Positions 17,892 to 26,027 of a stretch of DNA of 38,997 nucleotides are shown here, one piece after another. This DNA comes from a virus. The notes beneath the pieces were generated by a model, which did not search any database, was not told the DNA's origin, and saw nothing but the letters and a program-made list of their open reading frames with translations. The translations under genes were made by a program, and so were the position numbers. The stretch covers positions 1 through 38,997 of the IMG/VR virus record IMGVR_UViG_3300012933_000306. One strand, 5' to 3'. The stretch's first letter is position 1. Each line of letters begins with the position of its first letter.

Positions 17892-18200
17892 ATGGGAAAG
17901 AAAAAACGTAACAAACAAATTAGGGAAATTGCAGCTCAATTGCCTAAAATGAAGTATGAAACAACGCATAAAGAGTTATTTAATGGCTCCGATGTATTAC
18001 CTGAAGGGGTTTTAGTCGCAACAGTTGCAGGCCGTGAAATGCTAGCGGGTAAAACTTATGTAAACAGCCAAAAAGTTAAAATGGATGTAAACCATTACAG
18101 ACGTATGAAGTCAATGGCTAATAAGTCAGGAGTAAATGGTTTAGCAGAGTATATATTTTCAGTAAATAGAATGGTCAATAAACAACAAAATCAAAAATAA
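17892..18200 (+). CDS. Hypothetical protein (102 aa)
   Basis: ORF tightly packed after the polymerase gene. Confidence 0.7.
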   Translation: MGKKKRNKQIREIAAQLPKMKYETTHKELFNGSDVLPEGVLVATVAGREMLAGKTYVNSQKVKMDVNHYRRMKSMANKSGVNGLAEYIFSVNRMVNKQQNQK

Positions 18201-18205
18201 ATACT

Positions 18206-18619
18206 ATGGAAAAAGGTAAATTTTACAAATCAAAAACAACAAATTTAATTGTTAAATGTTCTGAACCTAAAAATGAAAATGGTTATTTTAGCGGTTATGT
18301 TGTAAGTGGGGAGTCTACATTTCAGCCACTAAACCATTTTAGCGAATGGTGGAACGCTTTTAATTTTGAGGAGGTATATCCTGATCAAATTCCTGGATAC
18401 CATACTTCAGTTAGAAATACGCATCCTACACTTGAAGATTTTAATAAAAAACAAGTTACAGGGCCACAAGGCCAAATTGCTGAAACTAAAAGAAGGGATT
18501 TTTGGTGCAGAACAGTTATAGCTTATACGGGTGCATCAAATTCAATTTCTTCAAATAAATGCATAGAATGGGCTGATAATTGCCTTAAAGAATTTGACAA
18601 ACGCTTTAATAACAAATAA
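18206..18619 (+). CDS. Hypothetical protein (137 aa)
   Basis: ORF in the track with no motif recognised. Confidence 0.7.
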   Translation: MEKGKFYKSKTTNLIVKCSEPKNENGYFSGYVVSGESTFQPLNHFSEWWNAFNFEEVYPDQIPGYHTSVRNTHPTLEDFNKKQVTGPQGQIAETKRRDFWCRTVIAYTGASNSISSNKCIEWADNCLKEFDKRFNNK

Positions 18620-18630
18620 AATAAAAACTT

Positions 18631-19176
18631 ATGGCAATTATTGGAATCAATGGCTACGCTGGGGTTGGAAAAGATGAAGTTGCTAAAATTATTCAAGAGT
18701 TACAGCCTGATAAGAATTGGCAGATTAAAAAGTTTAGCGGTAAGCTAAAGCAAATGGCTTCATTGCTTACAGGGGTATCAGTTGAAAAGTTTGAACAACA
18801 AGACTTTAAACAGAAAAAATATTTGCCAATAGGCGATAAAATGTATCAAGTAAGAGAGTTTTTACAATTTTTAGGCACTGAATGTGTAAGGGATTTGTTA
18901 GGTAAAGATATTTGGGTAGACGCTTTACTAAATGATTATACCCCTAATCAAAATTGGATTATTACCGATATGCGTTTTCCAAATGAATTAAAAGGAGTGG
19001 TGCATGCCTTAGGAGTTACTTTAAGAATTGAAAGAGTAGGTATTGCTCCTATTAATGCGCATCCGTCTGAAACAGCCCTTGACAATCATTTATTTGATTC
19101 AGTAATAGAAAATAGAAGTAGTTTAGATTTCCTTAAAAATGAGGTAGCAAATTTCCTTTTATTTCACGATTTATAA
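18631..19176 (+). CDS. dNMP kinase-like P-loop protein
   Basis: The N-terminal IGINGYAGVGKDEVAK resembles the G-x-x-G-x-GKD P-loop of phage deoxynucleoside monophosphate kinases. Size is 181 aa. Confidence 0.65.
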   Translation: MAIIGINGYAGVGKDEVAKIIQELQPDKNWQIKKFSGKLKQMASLLTGVSVEKFEQQDFKQKKYLPIGDKMYQVREFLQFLGTECVRDLLGKDIWVDALLNDYTPNQNWIITDMRFPNELKGVVHALGVTLRIERVGIAPINAHPSETALDNHLFDSVIENRSSLDFLKNEVANFLLFHDL

Positions 19177-19326
19177 ACTTATACCGCCTCGAGAAATTAA
19201 ATATTTAAAAAAAACTAAATAGTAATTACGGGAACTTGGGGCGGTTATTTTTCCACTTATAAAGGACAAACATGTACCAAAAAGTGCGTTTTATGACACT
19301 TTATCGTATGAACATGTGTTAAAAAT

Positions 19327-19618
19327 GGCATTTTATGATACATATTTACATAAAAACGTAACAAAAATTAAACCTATGAATGACAAATTAGAAAGAATTA
19401 TTAGTGATTTTAACACTGCATTAAGTGATTTAGATGCTTTAACTGATGAGCTTGAAAATGTGGAGCTTGAATTTGATGATGAAAATGTTCGTAAGCATTT
19501 AGGAGAGGATTATATTATAGTAAAAGTTGCTAAATTGAATGATAAGGAAAAGCTGCTTGATTACATAAAATCTGAAATTTATCCTTATTACGCTGATCAA
19601 GAAGCCAATATTTTATAG
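19327..19618 (+). CDS. Hypothetical acidic protein (96 aa; the track ORF starts at GTG 19316)
   Basis: The ATG at 19327 gives MAFYDTYLHK... The start choice is uncertain. Confidence 0.6.
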
Positions 19619-19650
19619 TACTTTTAACCTCCTAAAAATCACACAGATAT

Positions 19651-22101
19651 ATGCAATTACCCTTTACACATGACGGCACCCTTGACATTGCTACTGGACG
19701 AAGCCGTAAAGAACTAAACTGGAAGAACAAAGAGATAACATGGTCGGAGTTAGTTGCAAAACTTAGTACAACCCATAGAACCGCTGAAACATACAAAGAA
19801 TACCTTAGTAGTAAAAAGCCTAGACAAGATGAAATTAAAGACATAGGCGGCTTTGTAGGAGGCTATTTAACCAATGGTAGACGTAAGCCTGAACATGTGG
19901 CGCATAGACAACTTGTATCGCTTGACATTGACTTTGCTAATATGGACTTATGGGATGACTTCTGTACGTTCTACGATAATGCTGCAATACTTTATTCTAC
20001 ACATAAACACAGCATAGCTACCCCTCGTTTTAGACTACTTGTGCCATTAGATAGACCTGTTTTTAGGGATGAATACGTGGCTATTGCTAGGCGCATAGCA
20101 GGAATGATAGGCATTGAATACTTTGATGACACAACCTATCAACCTGAAAGGCTTATGTATTGGCCATCGACTGCTAAAGATGGCGATTATGTGTTCCAGG
20201 CGCAAGATGGCGAATGGATGAATGCTGATAAGATATTGGCATCTTACCGCGATTGGAATGATGCTAGTGAATGGCCGATAAGTAGCAGAGTTGATAAGGC
20301 TTTAGTACGTAATATGCAAAAGCAAGGCGATCCGCTTGAAAAGCCAGGACTTGTTGGCGCTTTCTGCCGTAGTTATAACATACATGAAGCTATTGAAGCG
20401 TTTTTGTTGGATGTGTATGATACATGTGATGTAGATAACCGTTATAGTTATAAGCATGGCTCAACAGCAGGTGGATTAGTTGTTTATGAAGATAAATACG
20501 CTTATTCGCATCATGGCACCGACCCGACAAGCGGAAAGCTATGTAACGCGTTCGACCTTGTACGTTTGCACCTTTACGGCCTTAAAGATGAAGATGCAAA
20601 AGAAGATACTCCAATTAATAAGCTACCTAGCTATACGGCTATGTGCGATATGGTTACAAAAGATAAAAAAACTAAACAGCAGATAGGATCGGAAAAGATG
20701 GAATTAGCGCGCTTAGACTTCGGCGCCGAATATGTGGATGCAGAGGAAATACATAGTACTGAATGGTTAACTGAAATGGATGTAGACGGAAAAGGTAATT
20801 ACCTTTGCACCATCAATAACGTGGTATTGATACTAAATAATGACCCAATGCTTAAAGGTCGTTTGGCCCTTAATACTTTCGAACAAAGAGAAGTTGCACT
20901 AAAAGACTTGCCATGGCGTAAAGTTATTTCAGGTAATAGGAACTTAACCGATACAGATGATGCAGCAATAAGACATTATATAGAGAATACTTACAATATA
21001 AGCGGAACGCAAAAGGTACAAGATGCCGTTAAGGTAGTAATGATGCGTAATGGCTTTCATCCTGTACGCGATTACCTGGACTCGCTTGAATGGGATGGCG
21101 AAGAACGCATTGAGTCTTTGCTTATCGACTACTTAGGCGCTGAAGATAACGAATATGTAAAGGCAGTTACCCGAAAAGCCTTAATGGCGGCAGTAGCTCG
21201 TATTTACCGTCCAGGGGTTAAATTCGACAACGTATTAGTATTAGTTGGCCAGGAAGGAGTTGGTAAAAGTGAAATACTATTCAGATTAGGCGGCGATTGG
21301 TTCAACGATAGCTTAACCACCGTACACGGAAAAGATGCCTACGAACAACTACAAGGCGCTTGGCTTATTGAAATGGCCGAACTTGCAGGGCTTAAAAAAG
21401 CTGAAGTTGAAACGGTAAAGCACTTTATATCTAAACGCGTGGACAGGTATAGAGTGGCCTATGGCAGGCGCACAGAGGACTTTCCTCGTCAATGTGTGTT
21501 CTTTGGCACAACCAACAAAATGGACTTCTTAAAAGGGCAGAATGGCGATCGTAGGTTCTGGCCTGTTGTAGTAAGGGCTGAAAAACCTAGCAGAGATTTA
21601 TTTAAGGAGCTTAATCAAGATGAAGTGGCTAAAATATGGGCCGAAGCTAAGTATTACTATGAAACGGGCGAAAAGTTGGTTTTAGATAGCAATATAGAGG
21701 TATTGGCCAAGCAGACACAAGCCGAACACGTGGAATTTGATGACCGAACTGGCTTAATACGTGATTACTTAAATAAGCCAATTACTGAAAATTGGGAGGA
21801 CTTAGATGTGTTTCAAAGAAGGGAGTTTTTACAGGGGGATGACATATTGGCCGTAAAAGGTAAGGTCAAAAGAACCCGTGTTTGTGTGGCTGAAATATGG
21901 CAAGAAGTGTTTGGAGGAAGCCTAAAAGATATGTCAAGATTTAACGTTTTAGACCTTCATAATATCATGCAAAATATACCTGAATGGGAGAAGCATAAAG
22001 GCAAGCTAAGATTCGGGAATTATGGGGTGCAAAGAGGGTATATTTTAAAAGGTTATTTTACTCCAAATTCGGATGATTTTAGTGTAGCCGACAGCAATTA
22101 G
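19651..22101 (+). CDS. Primase-helicase (VirE / virulence-associated protein E family P-loop NTPase with N-terminal primase-like domain)
   Basis: 816 aa. Walker A is VLVGQEGVGKSE and a Walker B-like segment is WLIEMAELAG. The RVAYGR...FPRQCVFFGTTN and GDRRFWPV patterns are typical of the VirE C-terminal domain. Confidence 0.85.
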   Translation: MQLPFTHDGTLDIATGRSRKELNWKNKEITWSELVAKLSTTHRTAETYKEYLSSKKPRQDEIKDIGGFVGGYLTNGRRKPEHVAHRQLVSLDIDFANMDLWDDFCTFYDNAAILYSTHKHSIATPRFRLLVPLDRPVFRDEYVAIARRIAGMIGIEYFDDTTYQPERLMYWPSTAKDGDYVFQAQDGEWMNADKILASYRDWNDASEWPISSRVDKALVRNMQKQGDPLEKPGLVGAFCRSYNIHEAIEAFLLDVYDTCDVDNRYSYKHGSTAGGLVVYEDKYAYSHHGTDPTSGKLCNAFDLVRLHLYGLKDEDAKEDTPINKLPSYTAMCDMVTKDKKTKQQIGSEKMELARLDFGAEYVDAEEIHSTEWLTEMDVDGKGNYLCTINNVVLILNNDPMLKGRLALNTFEQREVALKDLPWRKVISGNRNLTDTDDAAIRHYIENTYNISGTQKVQDAVKVVMMRNGFHPVRDYLDSLEWDGEERIESLLIDYLGAEDNEYVKAVTRKALMAAVARIYRPGVKFDNVLVLVGQEGVGKSEILFRLGGDWFNDSLTTVHGKDAYEQLQGAWLIEMAELAGLKKAEVETVKHFISKRVDRYRVAYGRRTEDFPRQCVFFGTTNKMDFLKGQNGDRRFWPVVVRAEKPSRDLFKELNQDEVAKIWAEAKYYYETGEKLVLDSNIEVLAKQTQAEHVEFDDRTGLIRDYLNKPITENWEDLDVFQRREFLQGDDILAVKGKVKRTRVCVAEIWQEVFGGSLKDMSRFNVLDLHNIMQNIPEWEKHKGKLRFGNYGVQRGYILKGYFTPNSDDFSVADSN

Positions 22102-22104
22102 GCA

Positions 22105-22354
22105 AAAATGACGGCTACACATAGATGTTTCCGTTGTTGCCGACAATTGTTGCCGTAAAAATGGGGGTCGGCAACAGCTAAAAAGTAAAAGTGTAAAAGG
22201 TTTTAACTGTTTTGTTTCCGATGTTGCCGATAAATTTATAAATAGTACAAATAGTTAAATAGGGGAATATATAGTATATATATTATATATGATACTGCCT
22301 AATAGGAATATATAGAGTTTTTGGAAAATGACGGCACAGGGCAACATGGCAACT
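22105..22354. other. Putative origin of replication: iterons plus an AT-rich unwinding element
   Basis: GTTTCCGnTGTTGCCGA at 22127..22143 and 22214..22230. TTGTTGCCGT at 22147..22156, with inverted copies TCGGCAACAG at 22168..22177 and GGCAACAT/GGCAACT at 22340..22354. AAAATGACGGC at 22105..22115 and 22325..22335. GGAATATATAG at 22264..22274 and 22305..22315, flanking a (TA)n-rich core. It is a non-coding gap next to the primase-helicase gene. Confidence 0.5.
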
Positions 22355-22399
22355 TTGGATGGTAATTTGATTGGATTGTAACAACAAAAAATAGGGCAA

Positions 22400-22681
22400 A
22401 TGATAAGCGAAAAATTGATAGAAAAAAAGCTGAAAAACGAGGTTGAAAAGATGGGCGGTTTAGCTGTTAAATTTGCGTCATCTTTTTATACAGGAATGCC
22501 TGATAGAATTGTGTTGATGCCAGGGGGAAAAATCAGTTTTGTAGAAACTAAATCTGAAGGCAAAAAAACCACAGCAAGACAGAATGTCGTAATTGGGATT
22601 CTTAGGTCTTTAGGTTTTAGAGTCGATATAATTGACAATTTAGAAACATTAGAAAAATACGTTAAAAGCTTAAAAGACTAA
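22400..22681 (+). CDS. VRR-NUC domain nuclease
   Basis: 93 aa. GMPDRIVLMPGGKISFVETKSEGKK matches the PD...(D/E)-x-K VRR-NUC core. It precedes the SNF2 helicase as in the known module. Confidence 0.85.
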   Translation: MISEKLIEKKLKNEVEKMGGLAVKFASSFYTGMPDRIVLMPGGKISFVETKSEGKKTTARQNVVIGILRSLGFRVDIIDNLETLEKYVKSLKD

Positions 22682-22682
22682 A

Positions 22683-24071
22683 ATGATATACGAACCACAC
22701 GTTTACCAAGATCATGCGACAAAACATATTATTGAAAATCCTTATTCTGCTTTATTCCTTGAAATGGGGTTAGGTAAAACAATTTCAACCTTAACCGCTA
22801 TTGATGAATTAATGTATAACCTTTATGAGGTGCAAAAGGTTTTAGTAATAGCACCTAAATTAGTAGCAGAGGAAACATGGACAACAGAAGCCTTAAAATG
22901 GGAACATACTAAGCATTTGACAATGTCCTTAGTGTTAGGTACAGAAAGGCAAAGGAAAGAGGCTTTAAATAAGAATGTGGACATTTATGTAATTAATAGG
23001 GAAAACGTACAATGGTTAATTGGCTATTACGGTACTGCTTTTCCATTTGACATGCTTGTAATTGATGAATTATCTAGTTTTAAGTCTGCAAAAGCGATTA
23101 GGTTTAAATCCTTAAAGCAAATTCGACCTAAGATAAAAAGAGTTGTAGGTTTAACAGGCACTCCAGCACCTAATGGATTAATTGACTTATGGCCACAAAT
23201 ATATTTATTGGATCAAGGGGAAAGATTAGGAAAAACCATATCAGGATATAGGGAAAGATACTTTAATCCAGGAAGAAGAAACGGAGCAATTGTATATGAC
23301 TTTAAACTTAAAAGCGATTCAGAACAGCAGATTTATGATAAAATAGGCGATATCTGTATTTCCATGAAGGCAAAGGATTGGTTGGAGCTACCTGAAAGAT
23401 TAGATCAAAATAGGATTATAAAACTAGATCAAAAAACCCTAGAGGGGTATTTAGACTTTGAGAAAGAACAAATATTAACTTTATCAAACGGAGAGGAAAT
23501 AAACGCTATTAATGCAGCAGCTTTAACCAATAAGCTTTTACAATATGCTAATGGGGCTTTATACCATTCCGACAAAAGCGGAAACTATACAGAAGTACAT
23601 AAAAGAAAATTAGAAGCTTTAGAGGAAGATATTGAAGCAGCGAACGGAAATCCTTTTTTAATCTTTTATTCATACAAAAGCGATGCTGAAAGAATCATGA
23701 AGCATCTAAAAAGCTACGGCCCGAAAATCCTAGATGGGGGTAAAGACATAGTTGCTTGGAATAAAAAGCAAATCCCAATTTTACTAGCCCATCCAGCAAG
23801 CGCAGGTCATGGGTTAAATATGCAATCAGGCGGAAACCTCATAGGATGGTTTGGCCTTCCTTGGTCTTTGGAACTATACCAACAAGCCGTAGCACGTTTA
23901 GATCGACAGGGCCAGCAAATTAGTGTTATCAATAAAAGATATGTGGTTGATGGCACCATGGATCAGGACGTTTTAAGAGCCTTAGAGAATAAAACAGATA
24001 GTCAAGAGGCTTTAATGCAAGCCGTAAAGGCCCGAATTAATAAATATCTAAAAAACCTCGGAGGAGGGTAA
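22683..24071 (+). CDS. SNF2-family (DEAD/DEAH-like) helicase
   Basis: Motifs LEMGLGKT (I), VIDELSSF (II), LTGTPAPNGLIDLW (III) and QAVARLDRQGQ (VI). Confidence 0.9.
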   Translation: MIYEPHVYQDHATKHIIENPYSALFLEMGLGKTISTLTAIDELMYNLYEVQKVLVIAPKLVAEETWTTEALKWEHTKHLTMSLVLGTERQRKEALNKNVDIYVINRENVQWLIGYYGTAFPFDMLVIDELSSFKSAKAIRFKSLKQIRPKIKRVVGLTGTPAPNGLIDLWPQIYLLDQGERLGKTISGYRERYFNPGRRNGAIVYDFKLKSDSEQQIYDKIGDICISMKAKDWLELPERLDQNRIIKLDQKTLEGYLDFEKEQILTLSNGEEINAINAAALTNKLLQYANGALYHSDKSGNYTEVHKRKLEALEEDIEAANGNPFLIFYSYKSDAERIMKHLKSYGPKILDGGKDIVAWNKKQIPILLAHPASAGHGLNMQSGGNLIGWFGLPWSLELYQQAVARLDRQGQQISVINKRYVVDGTMDQDVLRALENKTDSQEALMQAVKARINKYLKNLGGG

Positions 24072-24143
24072 AACAGTTTCTTTTAAAAAACCTCCGAGGG
24101 GGTAACAAAGTAAGGGTATAACTTGACAAAATTTGTCAAATAG

Positions 24144-24320
24144 TTAAGGCAAAGCTTTACTTTTATTCTTTCGTGGGTTTATGGCATCAGTAGGAAATAC
24201 GAGCAAGCGCCCGTACTTCTCAACTGTTTTAATTTTACCCGACTTAATGTAGTACTTTATATGATTTAAAGTAATTCCGAGCCTCTGGGCTAGTTCTTTT
24301 TGGGTTATTGGTTCGGGCAT
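24144..24320 (-). CDS. Mini HTH DNA-binding protein (58 aa), paralogue of the 11494..11658 product; Aca-like position
   Basis: Not in the track. Reverse-complement translation is MPEPITQKELAQRLGITLNHIKYYIKSGKIKTVEKYGRLLVFPTDAINPRKNKSKALP. Confidence 0.7.
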   Translation of the reverse strand: MPEPITQKELAQRLGITLNHIKYYIKSGKIKTVEKYGRLLVFPTDAINPRKNKSKALP

Positions 24321-24347
24321 TGTGTTAATGTTTTAATAGCTTTTTCT

Positions 24348-24371
24348 ATTGCCTTGATAATAGCGGGCAAT
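24348..24371. promoter_or_regulatory. Inverted repeat ATTGCC-N12-GGCAAT upstream of the minus-strand HTH gene (possible operator)
   Basis: ATTGCC at 24348..24353 and GGCAAT at 24366..24371, within the 78-nt gap between the 72-aa ORF and the HTH ORF. Confidence 0.3.
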
Positions 24372-24398
24372 TTTTCTTTAGTTGTTATTATCATAAAA

Positions 24399-24617
24399 TT
24401 ATTTTTTCACTATTGAATAGTCCAATATTTCAAAAAAATTAGCCATTCTTTCGGCTTCTTCTTTCCTAAAAAATAAAAGGGCTTTAGATTTATCTTTTGT
24501 GATATGTTGGCAATAAGTGTTACATACTCCTTTTTTAGGGTTGTTAATACTTAGGTTTTCATGGTAATAAACTTTCGTTTCTCCATTTACACGCGTTTTG
24601 AATTTAATAAGATACAT
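24399..24617 (-). CDS. Hypothetical protein (72 aa)
   Basis: ORF in the track, on the same strand as and upstream of the mini HTH gene. Confidence 0.6.
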   Translation of the reverse strand: MYLIKFKTRVNGETKVYYHENLSINNPKKGVCNTYCQHITKDKSKALLFFRKEEAERMANFFEILDYSIVKK

Positions 24618-24641
24618 AAAATAAAGTTTTTGTTAATGCCC

Positions 24642-24663
24642 AAAAAGCCCGAACAAGTCGGGC
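24642..24663 (-). terminator. Rho-independent terminator on the minus strand
   Basis: The minus strand reads GCCCGA-cttgt-TCGGGC followed by TTTTT. It lies between the 130-aa and 72-aa genes. Confidence 0.6.
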
Positions 24664-24687
24664 CAAATGGTGGGGAAAGGATAAATT

Positions 24688-25080
24688 TTAATTTTTTGTC
24701 ATTTGTTGTAAAAGTTCATCGATTGAGTAGTAAACGTATTTTCTTTTAACTTCGGCGCATTGTGCATCGCTAAAATAACTTATTACTAATTTCATTGCCT
24801 CGGTATCATCTCCAATATAGCCGCATTCATGATTACTAAATTCATAATCATAAACGGCTTGTGGGTCGCATTCTTTACCTATTCTAGCGTTTAAAGATTC
24901 ATAATAAGAAAAAAGCGATTTAATACCTTCTTTGGTTCCATATAGCCCAGCGCCACCGCTTAAAATATCCTTTTTGTCTAGATTAAATTTTTTTAATCCT
25001 TCAGCCAATTGAGAATTTGAAAAAGCAAAAAAGCAATTTTCTAGTACTGGTTGTTGATTTTTAATTTCTTGGTAAGTCAT
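24688..25080 (-). CDS. Hypothetical protein (130 aa), co-oriented with radC
   Basis: ORF in the track. I cannot name a family from memory. It lies 25 nt downstream of the RadC gene. Confidence 0.7.
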   Translation of the reverse strand: MTYQEIKNQQPVLENCFFAFSNSQLAEGLKKFNLDKKDILSGGAGLYGTKEGIKSLFSYYESLNARIGKECDPQAVYDYEFSNHECGYIGDDTEAMKLVISYFSDAQCAEVKRKYVYYSIDELLQQMTKN

Positions 25081-25105
25081 AATAGTAAATTTTTAAATTT
25101 TAAGT

Positions 25106-25552
25106 TTATAATAGTCCAGATTCTTGAAATGAAAAATGTGATTCATCTGTTATTATAATATGGTCTAATAGACGCATATCTAACAATTTAGCCGCATTAG
25201 CTATTTTTTCAGTGATTGCCTTATCAGCGTTTGAGGGTTGTAAATTACCGCTAGGATGATTATGAGCTACTAAAATAGAACTAGCATTTGAAAGCAAAGC
25301 AAATTGAAAAATTACTTTTGGGTCAGCTATTGTAGCCGTTACCCCGCCACTAGAAACCTTATAAAAACCCAATACTTTATTTGCATTATTTAAGGCTATT
25401 ACTATAAAAGATTCAGTCCAATCCATTGTATCTGCATCAAAACACATACGAGCAATATCCGCGGCATCGTTTGAACTTGAAATAGTTTTTAATTCTGACT
25501 TTTTGCCCTTGTATTTTAAGGAAATGTTAAATTCTGGTAGATTATTTTTCAT
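25106..25552 (-). CDS. radC: RadC-like JAB/MPN domain protein
   Basis: VAHNHPSGNLQPSNADKAITEKI matches the JAMM/RadC signature H-x-H-P-S-G-x(7)-S-x-x-D. LLDHIII is also typical of the RadC C-terminus. Confidence 0.85.
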   Translation of the reverse strand: MKNNLPEFNISLKYKGKKSELKTISSSNDAADIARMCFDADTMDWTESFIVIALNNANKVLGFYKVSSGGVTATIADPKVIFQFALLSNASSILVAHNHPSGNLQPSNADKAITEKIANAAKLLDMRLLDHIIITDESHFSFQESGLL

Positions 25553-25554
25553 GT

Positions 25555-25650
25555 TTATTTGCTTGTGATTTCTTGAATAATAGTTTTTACTAATGTGATT
25601 AATAAGATGCCAACAATTAAAAAGATGGCAAAATCAATGATATTTATCAT
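25555..25650 (-). CDS. Micro membrane peptide (31 aa)
   Basis: Not in the track. Translation is MINIIDFAIFLIVGILLITLVKTIIQEITSK. Its stop is 2 nt from the radC start. Coding status is unproven. Confidence 0.4.
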   Translation of the reverse strand: MINIIDFAIFLIVGILLITLVKTIIQEITSK

Positions 25651-25651
25651 G

Positions 25652-25753
25652 CTATTTTATTTTTTCAGTTATTAAATTGAATACTAAATAAATAGCGTTA
25701 AAGATAAAAGCAGCGAATAAAGATAATTGTACGTACTGGATAACTTGGGACAT
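25652..25753 (-). CDS. Micro membrane peptide (33 aa)
   Basis: Not in the track. Translation is MSQVIQYVQLSLFAAFIFNAIYLVFNLITEKIK. It is packed head to tail between two other tiny hydrophobic ORFs. Confidence 0.4.
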   Translation of the reverse strand: MSQVIQYVQLSLFAAFIFNAIYLVFNLITEKIK

Positions 25754-25757
25754 GGTT

Positions 25758-25970
25758 TTAAAATTTATTGATTAATAATGAAATGATAAAAGAAGCGGTC
25801 AAACAAAATAGCATTGTTGAAAAATATCCAAACATTGCAAAAAATAAACCTAAGCAGGCAACGGATACGCAGGTAATAGTTAATAAAGCATTTAATTTTT
25901 TCATAAGTGAGTTTTTAAGCGTTTTTTGATAGATCAAAGATACATTAATTTTGTAGTTAGTACAAAACAT
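25758..25970 (-). CDS. Small membrane protein (70-aa ORF; a more likely start at 25904 gives 48 aa)
   Basis: From the internal Met the product is MKKLNALLTITCVSVACLGLFFAMFGYFSTMLFCLTASFIISLLINKF, with two hydrophobic helices. It is the first gene of the minus-strand block. Confidence 0.55.
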   Translation of the reverse strand: MFCTNYKINVSLIYQKTLKNSLMKKLNALLTITCVSVACLGLFFAMFGYFSTMLFCLTASFIISLLINKF

Positions 25971-25995
25971 TTTGTCAATTATTTTTAAAGTTTGT

Positions 25996-26027
25996 GATGA
26001 ATGGTAAATATTAAGGATGAACGGTAA
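25996..26027. promoter_or_regulatory. Phased direct repeats GATGAAyGGTAA in the divergent intergenic region upstream of terS
   Basis: GATGAATGGTAA at 25996..26007 and GATGAACGGTAA at 26016..26027 (11/12 identical, 20-bp phasing). Confidence 0.35.

Noticed and set aside
19177-19326. Possible terminator or large hairpin (ATACCGCC...GGGGCGGTTATTTTT) and paired ACATGT palindromes upstream of 19327.
   Set aside because: The complementary arms are about 50 nt apart and imperfect, and ACATGT hexamers are expected by chance. This is probably just the promoter region for the primase operon.
20480-20686. 68-aa + strand ORF in an alternative frame inside the primase-helicase gene. ORF 24561..24749 on the + strand, inside the minus-strand island, was treated the same way.
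   Set aside because: Both are embedded in or opposite better-supported genes. 24561..24749 also runs across the minus-strand terminator hairpin. Neither shows motifs.
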